Origin: Vicugna vicugna
Lineage: Eukaryota
Direction: 5' to 3'
Length of the DNA stretch: 62,000 nt
NCBI GenBank assembly: GCA_013265495.1
Contig: MU058781.1
Coordinates: 5,147,050 to 5,209,049, forward strand
The notes below the pieces were generated by a model, which saw nothing but the letters and a program-made list of their open reading frames with translations, was not told where the DNA came from and did no database searches. How positions within the stretch are numbered: position 1 is the stretch's first letter; each line of letters starts with the position of its first letter. Shown here piece after piece: positions 12,391 through 26,217 of this stretch. Position numbers and translations under genes: made by a program.

Positions 12391-13528
12391 GGGCTGGGAT
12401 TGAATGAGGCAAGTGAGATGGGCTGGGGGAGGACAGCCCTTTACTGGTGGAGTGGAAGTGGCTATGCTGATTAGTGATCTAGGGAGTAAGGAGCCTGGCC
12501 CCATCCTCTCTTTCTTGGGAGCAAACATCCCACAAAGAACAGTCATTCTGCCCATAAGGAGAGGTTGTCAGGTGAGGAGGCTGTGGTGACCCAGTGCTTT
12601 CTGTGACTGGGTGGGCAAGTCTGAATCTGAGGTTCGGCAATAGGAATTCTGGTTGCCCATGAATATGTCATCTGCCTTCCAGCAATGAAAGTACTGTTTT
12701 GACCACTTTATGCTGACGCTCTTATCTTATTTCTGTTGGTTCAGACAAATAAGAGAGAGGGGTGTTGTTTACTGAGCCCTCCTCTACCTCCCAGAAACAC
12801 TACCTGGTACAGAGTAAGTGACTGAATGATCAAATCTATAGAGACAGATGCTTCAGTATCTAGTAGATTTGGAAGCCACACATACTGAGAAATAATACAT
12901 CTTTATTTTATTCAATTAAATAAACTCCTCTGCTCATAAGCTTTCAATTTACTCTTTCATGGACTCCAACAAAACACCAAATCAGAGCACAGACTCTGCC
13001 TGTCACTGAAAATAGCTTCACCCGTTGTGCCCCATCATTTTTGTCTTGATCACTCTATTGCTCATTAGGTCATGGCATGTTTGTCCTTCAGTTTGAGGTG
13101 TTTTATAAATATTCTTGATTCCACCATGCCTGGTACACTCCAAAGCAGTGGAACTTTAAAAGTGCTAATAAGAAGAGATAATTATAAGGAAACAAGAGTA
13201 AACTTATAAAAAAAAAGAAAGAAAGCAGAGAGAAAATGACTGCTGTTGCACATGAGTTGTTTTATAGGAATGATTAAGGATCAAGAGTTGAGGCATGTGA
13301 CAATTTGTGTTGATTTAAGTAACAGTAATCAGCCAGAAACTAGCAAGACTGACTGGCAAAGTGAAAAAACAAAAATTTTAAGTACAGAGAACCAATATCA
13401 ATATTGGCCTAATCTTAATTCGGCAATTGGTTGAGGGTTGATCTGGGAACATAATAGCTTAGCCCGGAGAAGGCTCTGCTGATAAGGCATCTGGGGCAGA
13501 CACCAGAGCCCCTAAGAAGCCCCCGTGG

Positions 13529-13682
13529 CAGTGCTTCCCTGTACTGGCACCATCAGCATCACCTGAGAGCTTGTAGCAAATCCAGACTCTCAGGCCCCAC
13601 CCAGACCTACTGAATCAGAATCTGAATTTTAACAAGATTCCCAGGTGATTCATATTCCTTTAACATAAGAAGCACTGCTCTA
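13529..13682. mobile_element. MER5A hAT-Charlie MITE
   Basis: cagtgcttc...gaagcactg inverted ends; core catcagcatcacctg...ccagacctactgaatcagaatctg...cccaggtgattc. Confidence 0.8.
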
Positions 13683-14967
13683 GGACACTCCCTAAAGAAA
13701 GGGGGTTCCTTGTCTCAGTGGATTTTTACAGCAAAGTAATAAGGAGTTAGTGGAATTTAGTGAAGATTTAGTGGAATTGGAATCAAAGAGAAAGATGCTA
13801 TAAAAGAAGAAGCCATAGAACCCAGAAGATTTCACACCTCTTCACTGGCGGGGGTCTTTTAGAGTAATTGGAAGGCACTGTTGCCATTTGAGTTATAGGA
13901 ATCCAACTTAGATCTGTAAAGGTATCTATATATGTGTTGTTATTAACTTATTTATAATTTTTTTAGAAAACCAAGGTTTTTGATATCTTTAATTTTTAAC
14001 AGTTTAAAAATGCCAGAAGAAACCATTTAAAAGCTGTAAATGTTTCTTTGAAACAATGAATCATTCTAAGAATAAGCTGGAAAGGTCACATCGGCATGGC
14101 ATTTTGAAAAGGAAAGCAGAGGCAGGAGCCAGAGAGGCGGAGGAGGGGAATTCCAACACACAGGAGCAGAGATTAGAGCCCAGCTGAAGAAGATAAAAGA
14201 AGAGGGCACCAGAGAGGACATGAAAGTCTGAAGACAAACACTAACAGACCAAGAAGGCAAGCATTGTTTGCCGTGACACTCTCAGCAAAGTTGGGAAAGA
14301 GCATTTTCAACGTGACATTGAAAGAACAGTGAGAGACAGCTCAGCTGCATCTATTTGAGTTTTGAAATTTTATCACACTATAATAAAACGTAACCAGGCA
14401 CTTAACCTCATCTTTTTGCTCAGATGGAAAAAAGAAAGGTATTACACAGTGCATTAGAGGAGGAAAACTTTAATTTTTTGTTAATCTATGCATGGATCTG
14501 TATGGTCTATGAAATATTCATAAACAACCAAGTGACTCCATTCAGCAAAGAGTAAGGACCCCCGTGAGTAGAGAAGACCACATCCTACACTCCTATAAAT
14601 AAATGGTTTTCCCTGGAGAAGGTGTATCTCAGAAATTACATCTAAACCACTATAGAAGAGAAATCTCTTTGAGTGGGAGAATTTAATTCAAATGGAAACT
14701 TTTTAATAAGAATTCATTGCAAAAAATGATCGAAACAATTATTACCTATAGTTATGTATCAGCTTAATATAGGCAGTGGTGGGGGTGGGGTAGGGGGGAA
14801 AAATTGTCCCAATAATTGAAAAGGACTGAGGGGAAGGGCAAATATTAGGTCCCAGTGCCCTAGGAGTTCTTCTCTGTCCACAGGTATTGCCCACATCAGT
14901 GGAAACTGATACTGAGAAACTGATTCTAGTGAGAAACTGATTCTAATAAGAAACTAGAGAGAGCAGT

Positions 14968-15155
14968 GAAGTGGATGGTTGTCAGCTCCAGCTGCACTTC
15001 AGTCACTTGGGGAGCATTTAAAAGACACCAGCACCTGGGCCCAACTTCCGGAGACTCCGGTTTAACTTGTCTGAGGCCACGCCTCCTCAACCACACTGTT
15101 TAAAAAGCTTCCCAGTTGATTCGAATGTACGGTTGGGGCCAGAACAACTGAGCTA
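14968..15155. mobile_element. MER5-type MITE
   Basis: gctgcac...cacttggggagcatttaaaa...tttaaaaagcttcccagttgattc pattern. Confidence 0.6.
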
Positions 15156-16098
15156 GACTTTTAGACCTGAGCTGCCTGCAGACAAAGGCAGCAGAAGCTC
15201 TGGTTAGAGCAGCCACTATGACCTCAGAATCCGCCATAGTCCCTCCCTGACTTCCGGATTCCAGGCTGAAGTTTGTCCCCACCTTCCCAGCTCCTTCCCC
15301 TGGGCACCAGCCCCACCACTTTGGGTGTCACACTCGGGGCGTGGGCCTGGGCCCCTGCGGCCTCTGCCCACACTGTGCTGCTGGCCCTGGAGGTAACGGG
15401 GGGAAGGGGAAGAAAGAGCAAGTCTAGGCACCACACATAAAGGACTCGGGAGAAGTCTACTACTGGTAGCTGATTAGTTGTTGGTCAACAACAAACCACT
15501 TACACCGTCTCCTTTCTCTTGATCTAAGTCACTGTAACACCAGACAGTGACCCCATGGCACACTTGCTCTCTCAGCCTGGACGCTGGCATTGGGAAACTA
15601 CCTTGCTTCTTTGCAGCAGCAATGTTTTGGAATTCTGAGCTAGAATGACATGCCGAGACGATCTGACACAGTTCTCCCATCTCACACTGGAGAACACTGC
15701 TGCGGCCCCTTGGATGTGGTGATGTCAGCTGCCAAAACAGCTCTTCATTTTTACTTTCTTTTCAAAATCTACAGTGTTTGCCAATACGGAAAACTGAGGT
15801 ACAGAAAGATTAATGTCATAAACTGGACCTTCTAAAACTCTAAGCCTACAAAACTGGAGTCATTTTGGCTTAATTTCCAAGAGCCATCTCAATTTTCTGA
15901 TTGTTCTTAGTGAACCTCATGATTAGTCATACGGATGATTTAAGATCAAAATACCATGAGGCTATATTCTCATCTTTTACAGTTTTAAAAAGAATCAATA
16001 GGGTAATAAAGGTAAATTAACTGAAGGAAACATGCAGTTTCACTTTTTTACATTGTAAAGCTGTCACGGGCCAGGCTTTCTTGAAACTTTCCGTCTCT

Positions 16099-16142
16099 CA
16101 CACACACACACACACACACAAACACACACATGCACGCACACA
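16099..16142 (+). repeat. (CA)n microsatellite, imperfect 3' part
   Basis: Seen directly. Confidence 0.95.
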
Positions 16143-17954
16143 GAGTCCATTCCTGCTTAACACTCCATCCATAGCTCCTTCCCTCCTGAGGTGCAGGCCT
16201 GGTCAAGGCTCATGACCCTCCATAGAGAGGAAGACGGACAGATGGACAAGGACTGGTGTGTGTACTTTCACTTTTGCTCTTCTTCCCTCTTCTGCTTTTA
16301 GGTTTTCCTGGGTGGGACAAGGAGTAGGAAAGGGGAAGGACGCCTAACCTGGCACAGATATAATGCTCTGCTGAGGCCCTGCGGTCCCCCTCCCATCCCC
16401 AAGTCCTCAGCAGTGCCCTGACCTGGGCAATCTGACTCCTCTCGTTCCCCCTTAGCCTCTGGTTACTTGGCAGACAGCCCCGATGAGAACATCTTAGAGA
16501 AGCTCCCCAAATCTCCTATCAGCTCACAGGAGACAGTAAGTTACCCGTGAGTTTGTTAAGCCTTTGTTTATCTGTACTCCACAGAGGCACAGGGTTTGAG
16601 CCAGTTAGCTAATCAGTCAGACTAAATAAAGACGCGAGGCAGACACGATAAAAGCCATTGTGCATCATTACGGACTTAACCAAATTACATGTGCGAGAGA
16701 TGAATGTTTGCCTGATGATGGAGCTCCCCGGGCCAGACTGCTCAGAATAAATCCCACCAACAAAATCACAGAGTGTAAATGATGCGTTACAGACAATGCC
16801 CAGGCTGGAAAGCCATGCTCCTAAAGCATGTGTCAGTGTTTAGAAACCCAAGATGCACCTTCCCCTCAACCGCAGTGACACATGGTGATTTGGTTGCTAG
16901 GCCTTTTCTACAAAAGCCGGTTTACCCCCTAATGTGGCTGAAAGACAACCAGAGCCTGAGTTCTGGGTCTGGGAGTGGAAACCTCGGCCTCTGTGTTGAG
17001 GAAGGGAAAGGCGTGCTCTTCCCCTCTCCTGGGTCCAAGGCCAGCCCTACTTCCCCTCCCCGACCACACAGCTCACACAGCTCCCTTTCTCCAGGCGTCT
17101 GAACCTTCATTTGCCCTAAGCCCTTGCACTTGACCTGGGTCAGCCCAACTTCTCTAGCACACCCAAGTCGCCAGCCTCCTTCTCCACCTTTTTACTCAAA
17201 CCCCAAACCTTCACTGAGATGAACAGGAAAGAAACAGTATTAATTAGTTCAAACTAACATTTGATTTACTAGTGGCCCTTGCCTTTCTACAAGTGCTTAG
17301 GTCTTTGTGTCGGGGATTTTACCTGGCTGAGGAGTCCGGAGAAAGAAACAGGGTACAAGATGATAACAGATCTGTTATTCTCAAAGTCATCTCAGACAGT
17401 AATTATCCATTTTCTCAACTGCTTCAGCCTCTTGGGGCAAAACAAGCCACTTGCGGCAATACAGCAGCACTGGACTACCTGCCCCAGAACCCACCCTTCA
17501 TCCAAGTGCCTGATTGTTCTGTCTGAGACAGGTCCCCTCATTTCACTACTGGGATTCTTGTCTTGTGTGTCAGTACTGACATTTGTAACAGATGAGTCAT
17601 GCTGCTTTTGGCAGTTCACCACTCTTTAAACTTTCTTGGGGCAAGACCACTCACTCGGGAGGAATTACCTCTCTCCCACTGGATACATTCAAAAGGGAAT
17701 TTAAGTCACGGGGATCATCCTTTCTCTAGCCAATGGCTGGGCAGACTGACCCAGCTAATCAGTCACATTCAGGCGGTCTGATTTTAGGGCTATGCTGCCT
17801 CTCCAAGAATGATGGGACTAGATGTTTTCATACTGAACTTTGTTGGTTTAAGTAGGAGGCTGCCAATCTGACCCCAATTCCCTATTCTTCAGCAGGAGTA
17901 ACTATGAAGTATAATAAAATATTTCTCAATTTCCAAAATGAGGAAAAATGTTTT

Positions 17955-18480
17955 TGGGTGAGTTGAATGGTCTCCAAAGACGGCCCCCCAATCAACTGTG
18001 CATCCAGTTTTCATGTCTTTGTGTAGCACCCTCCCCTTGAATCTGAGCTGGCCTTATGACTTGCAGACTGCAACCTGTGTAAATTCCGAGGCTCCTTCAT
18101 AAGGGGTCTTGTAGCTTCTACCTGGGTCTCTTGAAATGCTCACTCTGAGGAAGCCAGACACAATGTAAGAAGTCTGACCACCCGGAGACCACCATACTGG
18201 GAGGAGGCCCAAATCAGGCACACAGAGAGACCCCACGGGAGAGGCAGGCAGACAGACCCCTGCCAGCCCTTAGCGCTTCCACTCATCCCAGCTGAGACAC
18301 GAGACTGTACAGGTGACGTTCCAGGCCCAGGTGCCATCTGGCTGCAATCACATGAGAGACCTCAAGTGGTAATTGGTCAGGTGAGCTCAGCCAATCACAG
18401 ACGCATGAGAGATGATAACTGCTGTTTGAAGGCACCTAGCTTTGGCTCAGTTTGTTATTCAGCACTGGATATCTGGACCA
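17955..18480 (+). mobile_element. MaLR solo LTR (MLT1G/H-like)
   Basis: ccttgaatctgagctggcc, gaagccag...tgtaagaagtc, ctgcaatcacatgagagacc, gtttgttattcagca motifs. Confidence 0.7.
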
Positions 18481-19104
18481 GATGCTGGATGGAAGACGGC
18501 AGACAAATACTGAAATCTTACTTTGTGCCAGACCTTGTGCTGTTCTCTTTACATAAATCATGGGGTGAAAATTATCAACATGGAGTGTTGGCTGATTTTC
18601 TACCATATCGCTCCTCCATATTGACAAGGAAAAAGCCTGTCATTTCTGGTATAACTCAAACCTTCCCCTCCCAGAGCAAACCACTGGTCTTTCTTAGATG
18701 GTTTCTCTATGCTTGTGATGCAGGATGGCCAGGGAAACACAGAACTGCAGAGGCTACAGTGAAAGAGAAAGGATTTTTCAAGAGAAGTTAAGTCACCTCT
18801 GTAATGACGTCTGGGAAAGAGATGGATAGGACAGGTAGGAGGGGAAGTGGGAGAGAAAGAAGCAGCAAGGAGGGGTGGAGAATGTTCTTTGGTGGTAAAT
18901 GAGGAACTCGAGAGACTGGGAACACAAGTGAATTAGGTAGAAGAAACAAGCAGCTATGAGAAGTACTGTAACTGGTTACAACTGGATTCTCTTTGATGTT
19001 GAGAACCTTGAATAAAATTGGAATTGCTTTTCCATGATATTTAGCCTCCAAATTCTGTTTCGTCTGGAACTGAACTACATGGGTTATGGCTTCAGTTACA
19101 AATA

Positions 19105-19300
19105 CGTGTTATCATCTCATTTAATCCTTTCAATAATCTCATGAAGTGTGTATTATTGTCCTTGTTTTAAACATTCGGAAACTAAGGCCCAGAGAGGTTA
19201 TGTGGCTTATTTAAGGTTATATGGCAGTAAGCAGTAAGGCTGATTTTTAAATCCAGCCCCGTCGACTCCGAAGGCCATGATTTTCCACCTTACCATTCCA
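19105..19300 (-). mobile_element. MIR SINE
   Basis: atctcatttaatcct...gaaactaaggcccagagaggtt...gactcc antisense MIR core. Confidence 0.75.
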
Positions 19301-20439
19301 GAGTCAGCTCCCTAACATGTTCACGTCAATTCATAACACCGTCCTTTCTTCTGTGCCTGAACCCACTCTACCTCACATTGTGGCAATGTCACTGGGGGTC
19401 CTGAGTTGGGTATGAAAGTGAGGAAGAAGTGGCAGTCAATATATGTCTATGTGAATTTTACATGTAAGGTGATACTTCAAAAATCAGAGGCAGTCTATAC
19501 TTTCACTGTATTTTGTTAATGTAACACACCCAAGTTTTCCAAACAGTTTCTAAAAGTAGGTTTTAAAAAATGGCACATATAAGTGTCAGATTATGTAATT
19601 TCTTAAAATTTGATTGTGTGTCCTTGATCTTTTCAATTCTGTTGTGATCTATTGAGTTTTAAAACAACTAATTTGATGGAATCTACAAAGAAGATAACAT
19701 CCTGAGGCTGTCTTGGAACGATACCTTTTAACAATAAAAAAAAAATGCTTCCATTTATTATAAAGCCAGATACACAACACTTGACAAAAAAAGGAGATTG
19801 GGTTCTGATTCTTTCTCTTTTTGATGCCAGCAGTTGCTTGTTAACCTTTGCTGATCAGCTCTGTACCTAACTCCCTTTAAAAAAAGGAACAAAACAATTT
19901 AGCATTCTTCTGGCATTTGTGTCATAATGCAGGTATGCTTTGGGGAAAGAAATGAGAAATGTTAGTCTGTTAGATGATTCAGAACATTCATCCTGAACTT
20001 CCATGACCCAAAAAAAAAAAGATGATGATGTTTCTTTGTGATATTATGCATTTCCTATTTAAAATGTGAAATTACGGCATCTAGAATGTACTCTTTAAAC
20101 AGGAGCATGTATATAAAAGCAAATCCTGATCATACATAAACGTATTGCCTGGTGTGTCGTGACATTCACCTTTTGGCAGTTTTCACCTCCCGCAAAGCGG
20201 AGGCTAGGGGAATGCAGGGAATTTCAAACCGGCCAATTTGACTACATAACCGTCTTGGTTTCCTAATTAAAGATCTGGCAGGAATGCTAAAATAAGAATT
20301 GGCAGTTATCTGTGAATTTTAACTATTCGTATTTTCTCATGCCTGTCTCTAAAATTTCCTGACAAATGTCAGTGTTTTTTTAAAAAAAAAAAAAAAAACG
20401 AAGGAAAGAAAGACAGCACAGAGCAGGTGGGATAAGCAT

Positions 20440-20615
20440 GGGCTTGGCTTCTCCTGGACTGGAACTCCGGATCTGTCCGTTGCCAGATGAGCGACTTTGG
20501 GGAATTTCTGTAATATCTCCAAGCTTCTGATTCCCTGCCTATGAAATGCAGGGAATAACATCAACTGCAGGTGATGCTGTGAGGGCTCAAATGACATGAT
20601 GGGTGACACTCTGAG
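20440..20615 (+). mobile_element. MIR SINE (diverged)
   Basis: gcgactttgggga...tatgaaatgcagggaataa...gtgagggctcaaatga. Confidence 0.5.
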
Positions 20616-21341
20616 GACAAGACACCACAAGTTCCTTCCTCCATAACTTCAGAGCAAGAAAAGAAGACAGGGTAGCAATTCCATCCTGCCATCTTAAGGA
20701 AAATATCTAAGCTTATTATTCTCTTAGATTTACTAGTAAATGACCATTGTCAAGTGCACAAAAGTGCACTGGGCTTGGAGCCAGAGACCAGCATTTAATT
20801 TCAGGGTCCAGCTGGGACTTCCTGACTTTTCTAGACATCAGTCATCACAGGAAAGAAAATGCAAACGGCAACATTCAGCTCCAAACCACTTGTAGGGTTG
20901 CTGTAAATATTAGTAGGCAATCAATTACCTTTAAAGGTCTTGGAGAATTGTTCTGCATAATAAAAAAATATTTATCATTATGTACAGAGAGAAAAGGGCT
21001 TATCAGTAAAGTGTGAAATTTCTTATGAAACAGTCCCCTGAAGCCTGCAATACTGTGATAATCGTATTGTCCACTGACACTTGACACAGGGCCACGACCT
21101 CTTGAGAAAATAGCTACATTAGAAAGAGGAAATGATTTTAAAGCCACTTCATACTCTGTGGTGGTTATACTGTTTGCGGTTGGGAATCAGTTTCTTTTGC
21201 TCATTGAAACTGGTCAGCTTGTTCTCTGCTTTGAGAACAGAGCATGAAAGCCGTAATTCTACTTGCTTATTTAGGATGATTTTCAACGTTTTTGTTGAGC
21301 TGTGTTGCTATGTTAGAGCTGACCTACTGCGCTTCAGTCTT

Positions 21342-21580
21342 AGAGGCAGTGTGGTGTGGTGGGGCTTGAAGCCAGGCAGATTTGAATTCCCAACAGGCTC
21401 CATTGCCTGTGAGCTGTGTGGCCTCAGAAAAGTCACTGAGCCACTCTGAGCCTGTTTCATCAACTGGAAAATAGAGGAAACAGTATAACATCTTGCAGGA
21501 GTTTCACAAAGATTAAAGTTTTAGATACATAAAGATATAAAATACAGTGTTTGGTATACAATGGATCCTCATACATGTTT
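21342..21580 (+). mobile_element. MIR SINE
   Basis: ggcagtgtggtgtggtgg...gctgtgtggcctcag...ctctgagcctgtttcatc. Confidence 0.7.
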
Positions 21581-23129
21581 AGGGGTACACAGAACAGTCA
21601 CTCATAGGCATTGTTCATGAAATTAGAAAAACAAAAGATAAATTATGTGAATGCTAACCCACCCACATTATGGATGATTAGTTTGGATTCATGATTAGAT
21701 TTGAAACATCTTTTAAAATGAATGCAGAGCAAATAAATTAATATTCACATTCCTTGAGAATCTTAAATTTTCTTTCTGACTGCTAGTATATAATTTGAAA
21801 TTCAGTATAAGGTTTTTGTATGCTCCCTTTTCTTTTCCTTTTATTTATTTTTAATGAACAAATAAACCCACAGCATTGTCTACCATGTTGGTAATTAAAG
21901 CTGTGATGAGATGGAGCCATAAAAATGAAACATTGACTCTAGTTATCAGGGGAAGCCAGAATCTAGGAGATGATATGGTAAAGCTTCCAGAAGTCGTTTA
22001 GGCTATTGATGTCACTGGGGTGTTATTAAATGGTTATTTAGTGGGCATTAACCAAAAAAAAAAAAAAAGTTCTGGCAACACTATCTCACCCTTTTGCTAA
22101 ATCAAAATTGGAGAAATTATCTAGGGCATTCAGCTCTTCTCTGGAGAACATAACTATTTTTTAATTACCTAACTAGAAAACTCACGTGCCTCTGGAGAAA
22201 TCATAGGAAACATTATAGAGAGTTTATGCAAACAGGAGTCTCTGCTGGTTGATACCCCAGAGTGAACACACTCCCATATGAAATCAGTTCTCAGGTCCTG
22301 ACATAGCTGGTTCTCCCCTCCTGGTGTCTCCTCCTCCCTCCCTTTCTCCTACCGCTAATCTAGGGACTCTCCTGTCTGGCCTGTGTGCCTCCTATGTGCC
22401 TCTCCCCACTTACCCCACCTGGCATCTGCTGATGGTCATCTTCCTAAAGCTCAGTTCTAAGGGCCAGTCTCTTGGTTGCACACGTTCAGCGGCTCCCCTC
22501 ATCCTACACAACGAAGTCCAGACTCCTTCAAATGTCATGTAAGGCCTTCCATGATTTGATTGCTCTTTATGTTGAAATTTCATCTCCTAGATTTCACAAC
22601 CCCCATTCCTTAACCTCAGACATTCATTTAACAAACATTTTAAAAGTGTTGCAGATCAAGCACTGGATGGAGGAAGAAGACACAGCCTCTGTTTCCAGGG
22701 AACTCAGAGTCTGTAGGTGGGTTAAACAGGTACAGAAAGTTACTGAATAACGTGCTGTTATATTTATTTACTAGATACCCAATGAATATTTCACAAGTGC
22801 CTATGATGTGCCAGGAATGCACAAGGCACTTGGCGGCCAGAGTGTCTAACATTTCCTGCAGTCAGCAAAAGCATCAAAGAGGAAATGGCATTAACTGAAT
22901 CTTGAGAGATGAGCAGGTGGCCGCTAGGTGGGGAACTTACAGTGAGGACAAAGTCCATGTTCAGAACAAAAGGGCCGGGTCGGGGTGGGGGGTAAAGCGC
23001 ACGGGGTCTTGCTGGGACAGTTCTTGAGGCGAGAGCACAACTTCAGCATCGTTCAGCACTTGAGTTGGAAGAGGACACCTTCTTTCTTGGCCCCAAATCC
23101 AGAACACACCCCTTCTATGTCTGTTTAGT

Positions 23130-23420
23130 TCTATTCACCCGTCGGGCTCAGCCTGGCGGGTCACCTCTTCAGAGAGGCCTTTCCTAGAAGTCCAGTCCCC
23201 AGCTATGTAATCTAATAATGTCCTGTACTTTTTCTTTCTAACACAAATAGCTGTAAGCAGATAATTACCTAGGTAATTATTTAAGGTCTGTCTCTCCTTC
23301 TCCCCCGCTCTAAACCTGAAGTGTAGTGAGGGCAGACTTATGCCTGCCAGTTCGCACTGCATCCATCAGCATAGTTCCAGACATGCAATAAATTACCAAC
23401 AATACATATTTTTGAATTAA
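23130..23420 (+). mobile_element. LINE-2 3' end
   Basis: tcacctcttcagagaggccttt...tgagggcagac...aatacatatttttgaat. Confidence 0.6.
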
Positions 23421-23602
23421 TAATGATACGCAGTTATGGTCATTTTTCCTTCCAGCATCATGGCCATATTACTCTTAAGTGTTAGGCAGAACATTCCAGA
23501 ATGTATTCTCTAGTCTAGTTCCACTGAGACTGTTCCTCACTTTGCCTGCTGGCCAATTGCATAGATGGAACTCCTTTGTCCTTGCCCTGCACCCCTACAT
23601 CA

Positions 23603-23648
23603 GCGCATGCACGCGTGTGCACATACACACACACACACACACACACAC
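23603..23648 (+). repeat. 46-bp alternating purine/pyrimidine tract ending in (AC)n
   Basis: gcgcatgcacgcgtgtgcacatacacac... seen directly. Confidence 0.9.
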
Positions 23649-24139
23649 TCATGCACTCATATTCCTCTGCTCAGTTTTATACTTGCATCCAGAAGCTAGT
23701 ATTAATGTACCTCACAGCTTGGGAGGGGTCCAGAGAGGCCAGGCAGAGGCTCCCTCTGTAAGGGCTGGGCTGAATACACTTTCACTCTTGCACCAGGAAC
23801 CACTGATGTGTGTATGAGATACCTTACAAGCAGGCAGCCCCAAATGGAGTCGTGGCTAGGGTTTCTCAGATCCCCTATGCGTCACACATGGGCTTATGGC
23901 CCCGATGTAACCAGGCCCAATGGCAGAGCCTTCTGGGGGGTCTCACTGAGACTAGATGCATATCATCAACCTCCTCACTATCAATGAACAATGCTGACAA
24001 GCTGGTACAAATTGCCCAGACACTCCGCGGGTACAAAGCCATCAGCGTGTTTCCCGTCTTCAGCAGGGCCACTGCCCGACAGGCATACGTCTCATATCAC
24101 TAAGAGTGCAGGCCAATTCCAGACCTGCTGGAACGGGCT

Positions 24140-25025
24140 CTCACAGCCTCTCAGACTTAGTGTGTCCCCAGTGAAGTTCTTGACAGTACCTCCTAGATCC
24201 CTCCTCACTTTGCCAATGACAGCTCCACTCTATTCGCTCAGACCAAGAACCTTGGCGGCCTCCGTGACTCCTCTCTCGAACTCATGCCCCACCTCCAGTC
24301 CATCGGCAAGTCCTGCGGGTGCCACCTTCAGAATCCACTCAGAATTCCACGACTCACCACCCACTCATACGACTCGGATCCAACGCACCCTCACCTCTCT
24401 CCTGGTTATTTCAGCGTCTTCCCAGCTGGCTTCCCTGCCTCTGCTCTTCCCCTTTCCAGTCTTCACTCAACACAGCACTCAAAATGTTCCCATTAAAGAT
24501 GAACCACATCCTGCCACTTCTCTGCTCAAACACCTCACCTCACTCGGAAGAAAAGCAAAGGTCCTTCCTCTGACCTACAGGCTTCATCCATCTGGCCCCT
24601 CCCACTTCTCTGATTCCATCACTGGTGACTCCCTTTGTTGTCTCCACTGCTTGTTCCTCATCATTCCTGCCTCAGGGCCTTTGCTGGGTCCTCTGCCTGG
24701 AAGACTTTTTTTAGCCAGATCTTCTCATCTTTAGCTCCTACCTCCTTCAGGTTTTTCCCTCAGTGAGGGCTTTCTAGATATAAAATTGCAGCCTCCTCCC
24801 AACATTTCATCGTCCTCTTCCAGGCTCTTTTTTCCCTTAGTCCCTATTATCTACTGTATCTACATTTCCTTATTATCCTTTTTATTGAACATCTTCCTTC
24901 TAGAATGTATGTTCCACGAGGATAGAGAGTTTTGTTTTGTTTACTCTTATATTTCCAGCCCCTGAAGCCGGACCTGATATAAAGAAATTGCTTAGTAAAT
25001 ATTTTTTAAATGAACAAATGAGTGA
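24140..25025 (+). mobile_element. LINE-2 (L2a-like) 3' fragment
   Basis: ctcagaccaagaaccttgg, cctgcctcagggcctttgc, tagaatgtatgttccacgagg, gtaaatattttttaaatgaa. Confidence 0.75.
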
Positions 25026-26217
25026 AACACATCATAGCAGTAGTATCACTTATCTACTAGACTAAATTCTTTTAGGACAGAGGCTGTCTTATTTATTTTG
25101 ATATTCTACATTGTATGTGATATAATTCTTTTTTTTGAGGGTTTTCAGTAAACATTTATTGAAGGAGATAAATTCTACTGAATTAAAATATGCTTATTTT
25201 TTAAAATAAGATGTTCTAGGGTTAATATATGGAACTATGGATTATTTTCTAAAATGCAAATTTTTAAGATTTTTTATAGAAAATAGTTACAACATTTGAT
25301 TAAATCTAAGACATCACTGAATATATATCATACCATTACTTTATGTTCTATGGAAAGAGAAAAAAATGCTATGCAAACTATGTCAAAAAAGCAAAACTGC
25401 TTTTTTATCACATGTATTTTTATTTTACACTCATTGAAAGAGTTTTAAAATATTTCTTTAGCATAGATATTATTCTATATCACGTTTGTTCAATATGAAA
25501 GGGAAAATAGGTCAAGTATTCCTAAAACATTTTCATATTCAGAATCTAACACTTTGGAATAATTTTTTGACATTGAATCATTAATGTCCATGTCTTTTGC
25601 TCAAGAATGTTCTTAAAAGAGTGCTCTACTGTTGTCTCCAGGAATTCTTCCCCGGCGCCCTGGAAACCCAGTTAGCACTTTGCAAAACACAAGTGCAGGC
25701 CACAACAGCGGCAGCATGGCGGCCACCTGGCCTCAGGGGCTGTAAGAGGCATCTCCATTTCAGTAATATTAAAGAGTGAAAAAAGGTGCAGCTTAGAATC
25801 AATGAAATGGGAATGCAATGACACACCCACTTCCAAAGGCCTTAATGGTTTCTTCCTTAAAACCAATTCTAACTTCTTTCTCTCTACTATTGTGGAGTAA
25901 GTAAATTTTATTAACCATGGCAATTTATCTACAGCACACGGAGTCAAGAAATCTTTTCATTTACATTCATCCTGATTATTTGCACAGTGATAACCATAGG
26001 TCATAAAAGTGAACTGCAGGAGGAATTATAAAATTACCAAAGTCTGGTAACAATTTAGATACAACCAATTGAAAAAAGAACCTTTTAAAATTTGATTATT
26101 TGAATCCAAGAACATGTGAAAATTACTGACTGCAATCTTCTTTTCATTATCTCTTTCACTGGTAACTAGTTACTAAAATGAGTTTTCGTTAAATATATTT
26201 TTAAGCCATTTAAAAAT

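Noticed and set aside
14902..14958. Short repeated units (gagaaactgattcta) suggestive of an array
   Set aside because: Only 3-4 degenerate adjacent ~13-16 bp units without spacers; a small minisatellite, not CRISPR-like
23991..24734. 247-aa ORF, the longest in the window
   Set aside because: It lies mostly within a pyrimidine-rich L2 relic, has Ser/Pro/Leu-biased composition and no recognisable domain
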